IMG/VR virus record: IMGVR_UViG_3300046168_000051
Strand: one strand, 5' to 3'
DNA length: 64,000 nucleotides
Source of the DNA: an uncultured virus (IMG/VR IMGVR_UViG_3300046168_000051)
Lineage: Duplodnaviria; Heunggongvirae; Uroviricota; Caudoviricetes
A program made the position numbers and the translations under genes. A model generated the notes under the pieces. It did not search any database. It was given only the letters and a program-made list of their open reading frames with translations, and was not told the origin of the DNA. Shown piece by piece: positions 55,347 to 64,000 of the stretch (the first letter of the stretch is position 1; each line of letters opens with the position of its first letter).

Positions 55347-58084
55347 CGAACATAGCAATTTGTGAGCAAACCCCTGGATATCAGGGGCGAATGAGAGATG
55401 GAAGCCGAGTAGCGGTTAGGACAAGAGACAAAGACGGCAACCGTAAGGTCGACTTCTATGATGTTCCCGCTGAATGTTATGTTGACTTGAACAACTTCGC
55501 TGAGCGTTATACATGGGATGGGCAGAAGAGAGTTAAGTGCAATCCTGCAAAGGTTGTCTTTGACCCTGTTGATTTCCTTACTCAAGACTGGCGAAAAGAC
55601 AGGTCAGGTATAATTTCTGTCGAACCTAAGTCTGCGAAGACCATTGACAAGAGGCCACTTGCCCGTGTTACTTTCAATTCCCGTTCTGACTTGCGTAGCT
55701 TCCTTCGGGACTTCACTCCTGTTTATGGTGCTGACTTGGCGCAAGAGGATATTTGCGCTATCAGGTATGAAACAGGAAATGAAGACTTCGAGTCTCACAA
55801 GTGCTACTTCGATATTGAAGCCGTTCAATTCAAGAGAGATGACCCACTAAAGGCTGAGTGGTTAGTCGATTGGAAGAAAGAGATTTGGCATGACCAGCAG
55901 ATGGTTAACTCCATTGTTGCTTACGATAACTGGCTAGACACTTACTTTGTCTTTGCTTGCCACCCCACCTGGGATGAAGAAGTAACCAGTGCTCAAGACG
56001 GTGATAGGACTATCATCGAAAAGAAGCACAAGACTGAGAAGGCTATGCTTACTTCTTTTGCTGAGTGGTTTTACAAGTCCGACTTCGATGTAGTCACTGG
56101 CTGGAACAGTGCTGGATATGATATGTCTGTTCTTTACCACCGTATGGAGTCTCATCGTGTGCCTCACTGCATGAACGGTGTTCACTTTGAGAACGGAATC
56201 ATGCCTCGTGAAGTCTATGGTGGCGGGGCTATGTCCCCTTACGGTATCATGGATGAACCATTTCACAAGGGTGGCCGTGAGTACCTATGGCAACAACAAC
56301 CACTACGAGGAGTCGACCATTTGGATATGATGGTGGCGTTCAAGCGTCTTTACAAAGACTCCACTAACAACGAATTGGTTTCTGCTCGCTTAGGTCGTGT
56401 TGCTCAATTCCTTGGGCTACGCGACGGTAAGTTAGAGTCACCTGACTTTTACTCAAAGGACTACCACATCGGGTGGGAACAGTTCCGAAACTACAACATT
56501 CGGGATGTTGAATTGCTAGTGCAGATTGACGATGCATGGAATGTAATTGGGTCGTATAAGACTGTTCAACAGCTAATCGGTTGCCAGCTTCGCTCGACTT
56601 TCTATGCTACTGGGCTTGCGAAGGTTATGTTCAATGAAGAGGCAGACTGGAAGCAACGCACTTACCCATACGAACATGAGTTTGCAAACGACGACGACGA
56701 CCTTGAAGGTGCTATTGTTCTTGACCCAGTTGAATTGGATTCAGTCGGGCTACATGACTGGACTGTCATTCTTGATTTCGCTGGGTTGTACCCTTCTATT
56801 ATGTGCGCTTACAATACATGCCACTCTTCTAAGGTGCGACCAGGAATGCCTCACCTAGATGATGATATGATTGGGCATAAGGGTGTTCGTTTCCGTAAGA
56901 ATCCTGTTGGTGTCCTTCCTAAAATGGTCCTTCGCCTTGACGAACAACGCGACGAATACAAAGCAAAGCTGAAAGAAGCAGAAGCCGCTGGTGATAAGAA
57001 CGCCGCTCGTAAGTGGAACGCTATGCAGCTTTCAGTCAAAAGAATGCGCGCCAGTTTCTATGGGATTATGGCTTTTCCTAAGTTCTCATGGTATGACCCG
57101 GACATTGCTAAGACAATTACTATGGGTGGTCGCAATGCACTACTCTCTATCAAGGCTAAAGCCGAAGAAGCAGGGTTCAAGGTAGTATTCGGACACACTG
57201 ATTCTATCTTCGTTACTATGCCTAAGGAATGGACTCAAGAGAAAGTTTACGATGAATCCATCGCTCTTGCTAAAGTCCTCACTGACCATGTTCAAGCCGA
57301 CCTTCGTACTGACAAAGTAGTAGTCGAGTTAGAGGCTATCATGGACAAGTATTTCATTGCTAAGAAGAACCGCTACGCTGGTCGTAAGGCATGGGACGAC
57401 AAGAAGGGGTTCCTTAACCTCGACTTCTCCGAAGATGGTTGGCCGGAGGTTTCAAGGAAAATGTCCGGTATGGAAGCTAAGCAAACAAACACTGCCCCTA
57501 TTGGTCGTAACATTCAGTTGCAAACGCTTGGTCGTATCTTCAATGATGAATCACCACGACAAATCCAAGAGAGTATCAAAACGCTAGTAAGCGAAGTCCG
57601 TAATGGTGATGTTGAAGACTCTCAGTTAGTCGCTAATGCTAAGCTCAACAAGTGGCTCCCTCACCATCAAGACTGGCACTGGGGCTATCCTAAGCACTGT
57701 GACTGTGGCGAATGCCCTGCACCAAAGGTCGGAGCCGAAAGGGATGATGACGATGCTTGCTATGCAAAGAAGTTTTGGTCTGCTACGGCAGCACTGTTCC
57801 ACAATGATGTTCTTGCTGACGAGTCGAAGGGCTTTTTGCTACTCGATAAAGGAGACTCTTTCAGTTGGACTCATGTGTGTGATGGTCCGACTTCAATACC
57901 AAAGGATGGCTGGGTTGGTTTCTATGAGTTGGAGCAAATTGCTGACTACACCCTTGATTACGCCCTCTTAGCGGAGAAGCATGTAATCAAGAAGGTTGAG
58001 AACATTTACTACGGTATGGGCTGGGATATTGACGCACTATACGAAAAGAAGAGTTACTCGTTGGATGCTTTCTTGTCCACATAA
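55343..58084 (+). CDS. polB: Family B DNA polymerase
   Basis: Exonuclease FDIE, GWNSAGYD, YNIRD; polymerase DFAGLYPS, K----SFYG, FGHTDS, KKNRY. Confidence 0.95.
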   Translation: MTNIAICEQTPGYQGRMRDGSRVAVRTRDKDGNRKVDFYDVPAECYVDLNNFAERYTWDGQKRVKCNPAKVVFDPVDFLTQDWRKDRSGIISVEPKSAKTIDKRPLARVTFNSRSDLRSFLRDFTPVYGADLAQEDICAIRYETGNEDFESHKCYFDIEAVQFKRDDPLKAEWLVDWKKEIWHDQQMVNSIVAYDNWLDTYFVFACHPTWDEEVTSAQDGDRTIIEKKHKTEKAMLTSFAEWFYKSDFDVVTGWNSAGYDMSVLYHRMESHRVPHCMNGVHFENGIMPREVYGGGAMSPYGIMDEPFHKGGREYLWQQQPLRGVDHLDMMVAFKRLYKDSTNNELVSARLGRVAQFLGLRDGKLESPDFYSKDYHIGWEQFRNYNIRDVELLVQIDDAWNVIGSYKTVQQLIGCQLRSTFYATGLAKVMFNEEADWKQRTYPYEHEFANDDDDLEGAIVLDPVELDSVGLHDWTVILDFAGLYPSIMCAYNTCHSSKVRPGMPHLDDDMIGHKGVRFRKNPVGVLPKMVLRLDEQRDEYKAKLKEAEAAGDKNAARKWNAMQLSVKRMRASFYGIMAFPKFSWYDPDIAKTITMGGRNALLSIKAKAEEAGFKVVFGHTDSIFVTMPKEWTQEKVYDESIALAKVLTDHVQADLRTDKVVVELEAIMDKYFIAKKNRYAGRKAWDDKKGFLNLDFSEDGWPEVSRKMSGMEAKQTNTAPIGRNIQLQTLGRIFNDESPRQIQESIKTLVSEVRNGDVEDSQLVANAKLNKWLPHHQDWHWGYPKHCDCGECPAPKVGAERDDDDACYAKKFWSATAALFHNDVLADESKGFLLLDKGDSFSWTHVCDGPTSIPKDGWVGFYELEQIADYTLDYALLAEKHVIKKVENIYYGMGWDIDALYEKKSYSLDAFLST

Positions 58085-61000
58085 CGCTTCCCTATTTCTA
58101 GGTCAATCCCGACAGTAATGGCTTCAACCATCCCGTCAAGCAGGTCCACTGTACCCATGATTGGGTGCGCTCGTAGTGACTTTCCTGGGTCTTCCCCACC
58201 GATTCCTCCTAAGAGAGAAATTGAGTTAGCGACCATGTGCCCGCTTTTACCTAATCCCGACAGGTAGCCTGTGCTTCCCATGTTGTCGATTAGCGCATCA
58301 ATGTACCGCAAGTCCAGCTCTCCTAAGCCGTTATCACTGTTCATCTGATTGTTGAATATCTCTTTGATACAAGAAAGTGCAGCTTCCAAACCATACTCGT
58401 GTGCAACCCAAAATGGGTCATTACAAACAGTGAGGTATTCATCATAGTACTCACCTATTAGGTCGTAAGCATTTTCCATCATTGGGTTGGTTCTTCCTGG
58501 GGCTGGTTTAGCTGGGCCTTTGACAAATACGCACCAACGCTTATCTCCACCGTTAGGGTGAGTAGTAAAGTCTGAGAAAGCACGACCTCCGTTAATCAAT
58601 CCGTTTACCTGATACTTACCTAGTGACTCCTTCAGTACTAAGAGGTAGGAGTCTATGTCTAAGCTCTCCGGTACTCCTTCAGTCCTTACTCTCAATCCAC
58701 CCTCTATTTCATTGACATAAAACTTAGGCCTTTCGTTCCCGCCTTTGAAATCTAGGTACTTGTAAATGAAGCCCAAGTCTAGGTCAAAGGTTTCGACTAC
58801 CTTGGAGTCATAGATAATATCGATTCCTCTTTCCTCAGGGAGGTATCTGAAAACCTTGACAATGTCGTCAAGCAAAAGAGTTGAGCAGAAATTAGCTAAC
58901 TTCTTTGCGGTCTCTTCATTGTTGTATTCATCTTTCAAGAAAAACCTGGTAGCTGGTTGCTTAATTTCCGAGCGGGACAAATCCAGTACCTGTACGATTC
59001 TATCCGTAGTAGGAGTAGTACCCTTTCCCCCACCGTGGAATGCGCGCAAACCAGCTTGCGTAACCGGTTCTCCGACATTCGCGGCACCAGTTGAACCAAT
59101 CATCTCTCCTGGTCGCGCCTTATTCTCAATGTAATAGTCGTAAGCGCGACCAAAGTAAGCTACTGGGTCTTCGATTTCTCTCGCTTCCTTTTCGAGGTCA
59201 ATTTTTTCTGTCAATTTTGACAGAATATTTTTCGGTAATCGTCCCGCCTTTCCTCTCAAAGTGTATGTTGTACCTCTTTGACATGTGTCACAAGGGTCAA
59301 GTAGCGGAATACCATGTTTACACAGCTGTGAAATGAAGTGAGACTGAAGTGAAAGTGAAAGTCCATTTGGATTATCAGGACCTCGCGCATGGAATGGTTG
59401 AAGCCCATCTTCACCAACTTGTAATGACAAAACCTTGCCCAATCGCATGTTAACTAAGTAACCTCTATCGTCTATCATTAGATTTTCCGATGCGCGCTTT
59501 AGCCGGTGTGAAAGATAACCGGACTTTTGAATCGCGCCCATAGATGATTCCATAGTTGACCGGCGGCCAGCGGCGGAAGCCAGAAAATAATTTTCAGGAG
59601 ACAAACCTTCGGAATAGGCCTGCTTTGCGAAACCAAAGGCGTTCCCCGAATAGTCGGGCGGGTTATCGGTGTATATTGGCTCAAACTCAGGGTCGGCTTG
59701 TTGTTCATAGGAACCACTAACAGACCGACCTCCTGAGAAGTGTGACAATAGTCTGCCCACTTTTATTCCACTCATCAATCTGCTACCACCTATGGTTACC
59801 TGCCCATAAGCTCCTGACATTTGCTGAATATTCAAATTACCAGCACGAGCTCCTGAAACCACTGCTATGTTCATTTGGTTAGCAGTTCCTTGTAGCTCTT
59901 TAGTTAGTGAGATAATTTTCTTGTCGAAATCCCTAGTAATTTTTGCTACCGTTAATTCCATCCACCCTTGGGGGTCGTAAGTGAGCCAGTGACGAGAGTT
60001 TTCTTTGAAGTAATCATCAGGAAGCTCCTCTAGCGTTTTAGTGAAGAACGCCTCGGTTACAACTCGGATTTTCTCATTGGCTATGTCGTAAAGCTCCTGG
60101 ATTTTCTTTTTGCTTTCGTTGTACCGTTCAAAGCCTGCGGCCTTACCTTCTCTAACTAAGGCCTCGTGGGCTCCTGCGCTGATTACTTCTCCAGTTTCCT
60201 TGTGACGATAAGCGAAATTGGACTCAAATGAAATATCTTCAATACCAATAGTATACCCTACATACAAGTGTGCGGCAAAGAATAGACGGTTAATGTGGTC
60301 AATAAATTCCGCTAGCTTTCTAATTCCTAACTCATAGTTGAAGTGATAGACAAATGCTGCCCCTAAAACCATTGAACCGTTTTTTACTCCCCTTGCATCC
60401 AGTGTACCATGGAGTAGTTTACCATCACGAATAGAAACTGGTTGCCCTGTTGAGTCTTCCCAATCGCAGTTGATTCCTTCAGGGATAAAGTGAGAAACTA
60501 CTGCTTTACCAGTGTAATATATACTCTTGAAGTCAGGTTCGGGTAATGTGTCCATGTACTTGAGATTCCCTTCATCATCCCTAGTGTAAACAAGACTCAT
60601 CATCTGAATGAGTGCTTTCTTAGTGAAGTAGACATGACCGTCTTTATCGTAGCCTATTCGTCCATCGAATGTACCATGCGGTCCTTTGAATTTCTTTCTC
60701 TTATCTTCGTCTAACTTTTGATAGGCGTTGTAAGTAATGGTAATGTCGTTACCATCTTCGTCCTTTCCTTTGTAGGTTAGTTTAGACTTATTCGGGAATG
60801 TAAGCAAGTAAGCACCTGATGTTTCATCTTGGTCAGAAGCAATAGTAGGTCTGCCGTAGCGAGAGTGAATAATTTGCTTGTTAACATCTAGAATGTCTTT
60901 AGCTTCTTGAATTGCTTCTTCTGATTGAGGTACGAAGCAGCGCATAGCGTCACCGTCATAATCAGCGTTGAATGGGACACAAATAGTCGGGTTAAAGGAA

Positions 61001-63279
61001 AATGCCTTCTGCTTCATTGGTATGACTTTGCCTGCCATGACATTTTGACGATGGAGGGCTGGGGCACGGGTAAAGAGGATGGTGTCATTCTTTCTTAGAG
61101 AGCGATGAACTATGTCTCCAGGAACCAAGCGTTCTGCCTGTTCGCGGCGAATGTTAGAGGCAAATTCGTAGCGGTACTCTCTTCGTGCCCGCTTTATCTC
61201 TTCTTCCATGCCGTCTTTGTCTTCCTGGTCGTAATACTTCGCAGTTATCCCTCTTAGAATCTCTCGATACCAAACAGTCTGAGCATCCGGAAACTTTTGC
61301 TTACCCATATCATCAAGAGCAAACGGGTCTTGTGGGCCGTTAAGTTCTCCTTCCAAATTAACGCGAGACTTACTATTTGGCCTAAGCTTCTGAATGTACT
61401 TGGCCCCGCCAATATGGTTTCCTTCGTCATCTTTTGGATAATAGGTATCTATGTCCCATTGGTCTAGTGCGCCTATTCCCTTCTTTTCAGGAGGATAACC
61501 CCTGATTACTGCTTCTCTTAGGTCCTCGATATTTTCCTTAGTCACTCTTACAGCTACTGTCATGCGAATACAAGCACCGATAGGTACTCCTACTTCATCT
61601 AACCTTAATGCCGGATTAGGAGTGATTACCGAATACATGGTATGTTCTGTTACCTTAGACTGGTTAATTGCCCTAATGTGATTCTTCTTTTTGCCAGGTG
61701 GCTTGATTCTATCATACACTCCCTCTAATGACGCGTTTACGGCACCATCTCCTCCAAACTTCTGACTCATAGCTGGAGTGCCAAACGGAGTCTGTGTGCT
61801 AAGAGCCTGAGTGCATGCTTTGAACAACATAGACTCGCTTCTGTCAAACTGGCTTCTGTCATTTTGCATATCGAATAGCTTTTGGTTTGCCTTTACTACA
61901 TTGATGTATAGCTTGTTGAGGTCATTCATTTCCAACGCACCTGATGGGGTCTCCTGTGGTGGTCGGATATTGTTTGGTGCAATGGGGAACCTTCTCCAAA
62001 AAAGATAGCCGGGGTGAGAGCGTGGCTCGCCTGTGCTTGGGTTTAGTTCCGTGTTGAACCCCATTGCGAGTGCTTGGTCATTTGGAACTTGGTCAAGCGA
62101 GTCGGCTACAACACCATAGCGTACAGGTGGGTTTCTTGGGAATTCATCTTTAGGTCGGTCACCAGGTCTAGGGAAGAATTCGGCTGTTCTTCCCATACCA
62201 AACTTCATTCTAAACATGAGGATAGGCGATTTTTCATTGCAACGAGGGCAGTGGTTGACCTTAGTGCTAAGCGGAGTTGGTACTGGCCCGCCCTGTGAAA
62301 GCTGATAGGGGCCCAAGTTTTTCTTCCCCTCCTTGTAGTAAGCATTGTAAGAATCATTGAGCGCCTTCCAAATAAGAGCAAAGCCATCAGGGCTGGTAAA
62401 CTTGTTTTCGTACATTATCTTCTTTGCATTTGCGATTAGTGGGTCTAGGTACTCATCGGGGAGAACAATTTCATGACAACTACGGCAGGTGTACTTTAGT
62501 GTCTTTACTAGCGGCGAAGAGTCAATATTGCCACTAAGATACAGGTAGTTAGGAACTGGTACTACTAAGTTGATTCTGCCGAAGTGGCCAGGACAGGAAT
62601 CGGCCTTGAATCTATTCTCGTTACCAGTATGTCCGCAGGTAAAGCAGGCATCGTTGTTGTAAGTGCCTAGCCGAAGGTCAGCAACCCCGCCGTGAATAGG
62701 CCGAGGAACTGCGGCAATAGCAGTCTTGCTTTGTCTTGGCGTTTCGTAAACTTCCGCGTGTCGTATTACTCGGTCACCACTTAGTAGTTCTATTTCCCTC
62801 GGTCCCATCATCCCGTGGTAAATAGCTCCTACTTGCTTTGTGATTTCGTGGAGTGTATGGTCAACTTTTGGTACAAGATTGAACTCGGCAGACACTGGCC
62901 CCTCTAAGACATATCCGTCGTAATCAGTTTCTATTTCTATCCGGGCGGAGGCATCGAATAGTTCGGTGTAAAGCCAATCATCGGGCTTTGGCTCTTCGTT
63001 TAGGTACCGCCGAGTATTCTCATACGGGGTGTTTGTAACTTTGCATATTGTAATTAGCCCACTTTTAGCTCTCACCGCAGCTGCGTTTGGAGAATACATG
63101 TACCAGCGATAGGCTTCTGCTAAGGTTGCGGGCACCCATCTGATTGTGTCGATTTCTATGAGTCCCTTTGTTTTGCCATTAGCATCTACTAGTATCTCTT
63201 CTTCGGTAAAGAACCAATAGAACCCGCTATCTAGTGGGTTTTCTATTTCGAGTTCTGGCTGTGGCCCCTGAATTACCAT
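58054..63279 (-). CDS. rpo1: Multisubunit RNA polymerase largest subunit (Rpo1/Rpb1-like, A' and A'' fused)
   Basis: DLRLG, C--C...CPGHFG, SVITP, RAPALHR, NADYDGD, QD--SGAYLLT, bridge helix SGYLSHRL, GEMIG...GEPVTQ---AFH trigger loop. Confidence 0.95.
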   Translation of the reverse strand: MVIQGPQPELEIENPLDSGFYWFFTEEEILVDANGKTKGLIEIDTIRWVPATLAEAYRWYMYSPNAAAVRAKSGLITICKVTNTPYENTRRYLNEEPKPDDWLYTELFDASARIEIETDYDGYVLEGPVSAEFNLVPKVDHTLHEITKQVGAIYHGMMGPREIELLSGDRVIRHAEVYETPRQSKTAIAAVPRPIHGGVADLRLGTYNNDACFTCGHTGNENRFKADSCPGHFGRINLVVPVPNYLYLSGNIDSSPLVKTLKYTCRSCHEIVLPDEYLDPLIANAKKIMYENKFTSPDGFALIWKALNDSYNAYYKEGKKNLGPYQLSQGGPVPTPLSTKVNHCPRCNEKSPILMFRMKFGMGRTAEFFPRPGDRPKDEFPRNPPVRYGVVADSLDQVPNDQALAMGFNTELNPSTGEPRSHPGYLFWRRFPIAPNNIRPPQETPSGALEMNDLNKLYINVVKANQKLFDMQNDRSQFDRSESMLFKACTQALSTQTPFGTPAMSQKFGGDGAVNASLEGVYDRIKPPGKKKNHIRAINQSKVTEHTMYSVITPNPALRLDEVGVPIGACIRMTVAVRVTKENIEDLREAVIRGYPPEKKGIGALDQWDIDTYYPKDDEGNHIGGAKYIQKLRPNSKSRVNLEGELNGPQDPFALDDMGKQKFPDAQTVWYREILRGITAKYYDQEDKDGMEEEIKRARREYRYEFASNIRREQAERLVPGDIVHRSLRKNDTILFTRAPALHRQNVMAGKVIPMKQKAFSFNPTICVPFNADYDGDAMRCFVPQSEEAIQEAKDILDVNKQIIHSRYGRPTIASDQDETSGAYLLTFPNKSKLTYKGKDEDGNDITITYNAYQKLDEDKRKKFKGPHGTFDGRIGYDKDGHVYFTKKALIQMMSLVYTRDDEGNLKYMDTLPEPDFKSIYYTGKAVVSHFIPEGINCDWEDSTGQPVSIRDGKLLHGTLDARGVKNGSMVLGAAFVYHFNYELGIRKLAEFIDHINRLFFAAHLYVGYTIGIEDISFESNFAYRHKETGEVISAGAHEALVREGKAAGFERYNESKKKIQELYDIANEKIRVVTEAFFTKTLEELPDDYFKENSRHWLTYDPQGWMELTVAKITRDFDKKIISLTKELQGTANQMNIAVVSGARAGNLNIQQMSGAYGQVTIGGSRLMSGIKVGRLLSHFSGGRSVSGSYEQQADPEFEPIYTDNPPDYSGNAFGFAKQAYSEGLSPENYFLASAAGRRSTMESSMGAIQKSGYLSHRLKRASENLMIDDRGYLVNMRLGKVLSLQVGEDGLQPFHARGPDNPNGLSLSLQSHFISQLCKHGIPLLDPCDTCQRGTTYTLRGKAGRLPKNILSKLTEKIDLEKEAREIEDPVAYFGRAYDYYIENKARPGEMIGSTGAANVGEPVTQAGLRAFHGGGKGTTPTTDRIVQVLDLSRSEIKQPATRFFLKDEYNNEETAKKLANFCSTLLLDDIVKVFRYLPEERGIDIIYDSKVVETFDLDLGFIYKYLDFKGGNERPKFYVNEIEGGLRVRTEGVPESLDIDSYLLVLKESLGKYQVNGLINGGRAFSDFTTHPNGGDKRWCVFVKGPAKPAPGRTNPMMENAYDLIGEYYDEYLTVCNDPFWVAHEYGLEAALSCIKEIFNNQMNSDNGLGELDLRYIDALIDNMGSTGYLSGLGKSGHMVANSISLLGGIGGEDPGKSLRAHPIMGTVDLLDGMVEAITVGIDLEIGKRYVDKKASNE

Positions 63280-63280
63280 G

Positions 63281-63718
63281 TCATCCTCTCGCTGCGGTAT
63301 ATGCTAGCCAATCGGCCATCTCGTTAAGTTCTGTACCCATGTGCGCTTTGACCCATTGATACTGGTGGACTCCCCGTAATGAATCTTCTAGCTTCCTTAT
63401 GCGCTTAATGATTTTGACCAGGTCGGGTTGTCTGATATTGTAGTTGTCGGAAAGACCCTCAACTACCATTTTAGAGTCGCTGATAATTGTAATGTGAATA
63501 CTTGGCCCTAATTTTCGAGCGATTAAATCCTCTAAAGCAAGTTCAACTGCTACAAATTCGGCCATGTTGTTGGTAGTAACCCCGATATATTCACCATGTA
63601 GGTGAATTATCTTCCCGGTGTCCTTGTCAAGTATGACATAGCCTGAACCGCATTCACCTTTACTATCGGTGTCGCGGTCTTTGATACAGCTACCGTCAGT
63701 CCACACTTCGTATTCCAT
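63281..63718 (-). CDS. rnhA: Ribonuclease HI
   Basis: WTDGSC, TNNMAE, SDSKMV, WVKAH, NEMAD; ATG 63718. Confidence 0.9.
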   Translation of the reverse strand: MEYEVWTDGSCIKDRDTDSKGECGSGYVILDKDTGKIIHLHGEYIGVTTNNMAEFVAVELALEDLIARKLGPSIHITIISDSKMVVEGLSDNYNIRQPDLVKIIKRIRKLEDSLRGVHQYQWVKAHMGTELNEMADWLAYTAARG

Positions 63719-63719
63719 A

Positions 63720-63983
63720 TCAAACACCCTTGACAACACGATACTTTACCTTAGTGCGGGTAGCGGGGTCGTCGCCATCACCATCGTTGAAGCGGCTTCT
63801 AACGACTTCTATCTTTATTACGGAATTAATGGGAGTTTCTTCTCCTTTCATTCTTAAGTGCTTAAGAGCAGCGTCTTCATACATTAGGGAGGGGAGCTCC
63901 TCTATCTTGATGGAGAGAGACTTTAGAACCGCTTCTGCATCAAGCGGAGAAAGAACTGTGTGTTCCGGCATTAAGTAGTGCAT
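63720..63983 (-). CDS. rpoH: RNA polymerase subunit RpoH/Rpo5 (may extend beyond the window)
   Basis: HYLMPEH-VL, ELPSL--ED, VIKI--R, YRVV; frame is open to the window edge. Confidence 0.85.
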   Translation of the reverse strand: MHYLMPEHTVLSPLDAEAVLKSLSIKIEELPSLMYEDAALKHLRMKGEETPINSVIKIEVVRSRFNDGDGDDPATRTKVKYRVVKGV

Positions 63984-64000
63984 TATTCTGATGCAAGTAC

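Noticed and set aside
55343..63279. Inteins in PolB or Rpo1
   Set aside because: Inserts lack C/S...HN-C/S/T splice junctions and LAGLIDADG motifs
687..63978. Many short ORFs antisense or out-of-frame within long genes
   Set aside because: Fully nested in well-supported genes, with no SD or recognisable motifs
1..64000. Cellular archaeal chromosome (RNAP, thermosome, PolB, tRNA, RNase H present)
   Set aside because: No ribosomal or metabolic genes; core motifs strongly diverged; packaging ATPase, spikes and mostly unrecognisable ORFs
1..64000. Eukaryotic nucleocytovirus or mirusvirus
   Set aside because: SD motifs, pervasive stop-start coupling, RHH regulators and tRNA-Arg(GCG) with encoded CCA point to a prokaryotic, archaeal host. 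Disfavoured, not formally excluded

Overview
The window looks like part of a large dsDNA virus genome, not a cellular chromosome. Genes are dense with ATGA/TAATG stop-start overlaps, most ORFs are unrecognisable, and there are no ribosomal or central-metabolism genes. An archaeal host is indicated by GGTGA/GGAGGTGA Shine-Dalgarno motifs, CTTTAT TATA-like boxes about 30 nt before ATGs, ribbon-helix-helix regulators, a group II chaperonin, a short RpoH and a tRNA-Arg(GCG). A marine Thermoplasmatota/Poseidoniales host is my best guess (inference only). The left part (about 1-44.6 kb, mostly + strand) appears morphogenetic. It has an FtsK/HerA (A32-like) ATPase, candidate single-jelly-roll capsid proteins, many small membrane proteins, spike/fibre proteins, a protamine-like core protein, two candidate proteases, a thermosome and a Ras-like GTPase module. 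It also has multi-enzyme polyproteins whose domains are separated by a recurring x-x-N-P motif. No terminase, portal or HK97 capsid was recognised. The right part has a PD-(D/E)XK nuclease, serine recombinases, Cys-rich microproteins, a family B DNA polymerase, RNase HI and the element's own multisubunit RNA polymerase genes (divergent fused Rpo1 and RpoH). The two most striking signals are an apparently tailless archaeal virus with its own cellular-type RNA polymerase, and an NP-delimited polyprotein system that may package an enzyme toolkit into the virion. All assignments come from motif reading by eye; no searches were run.
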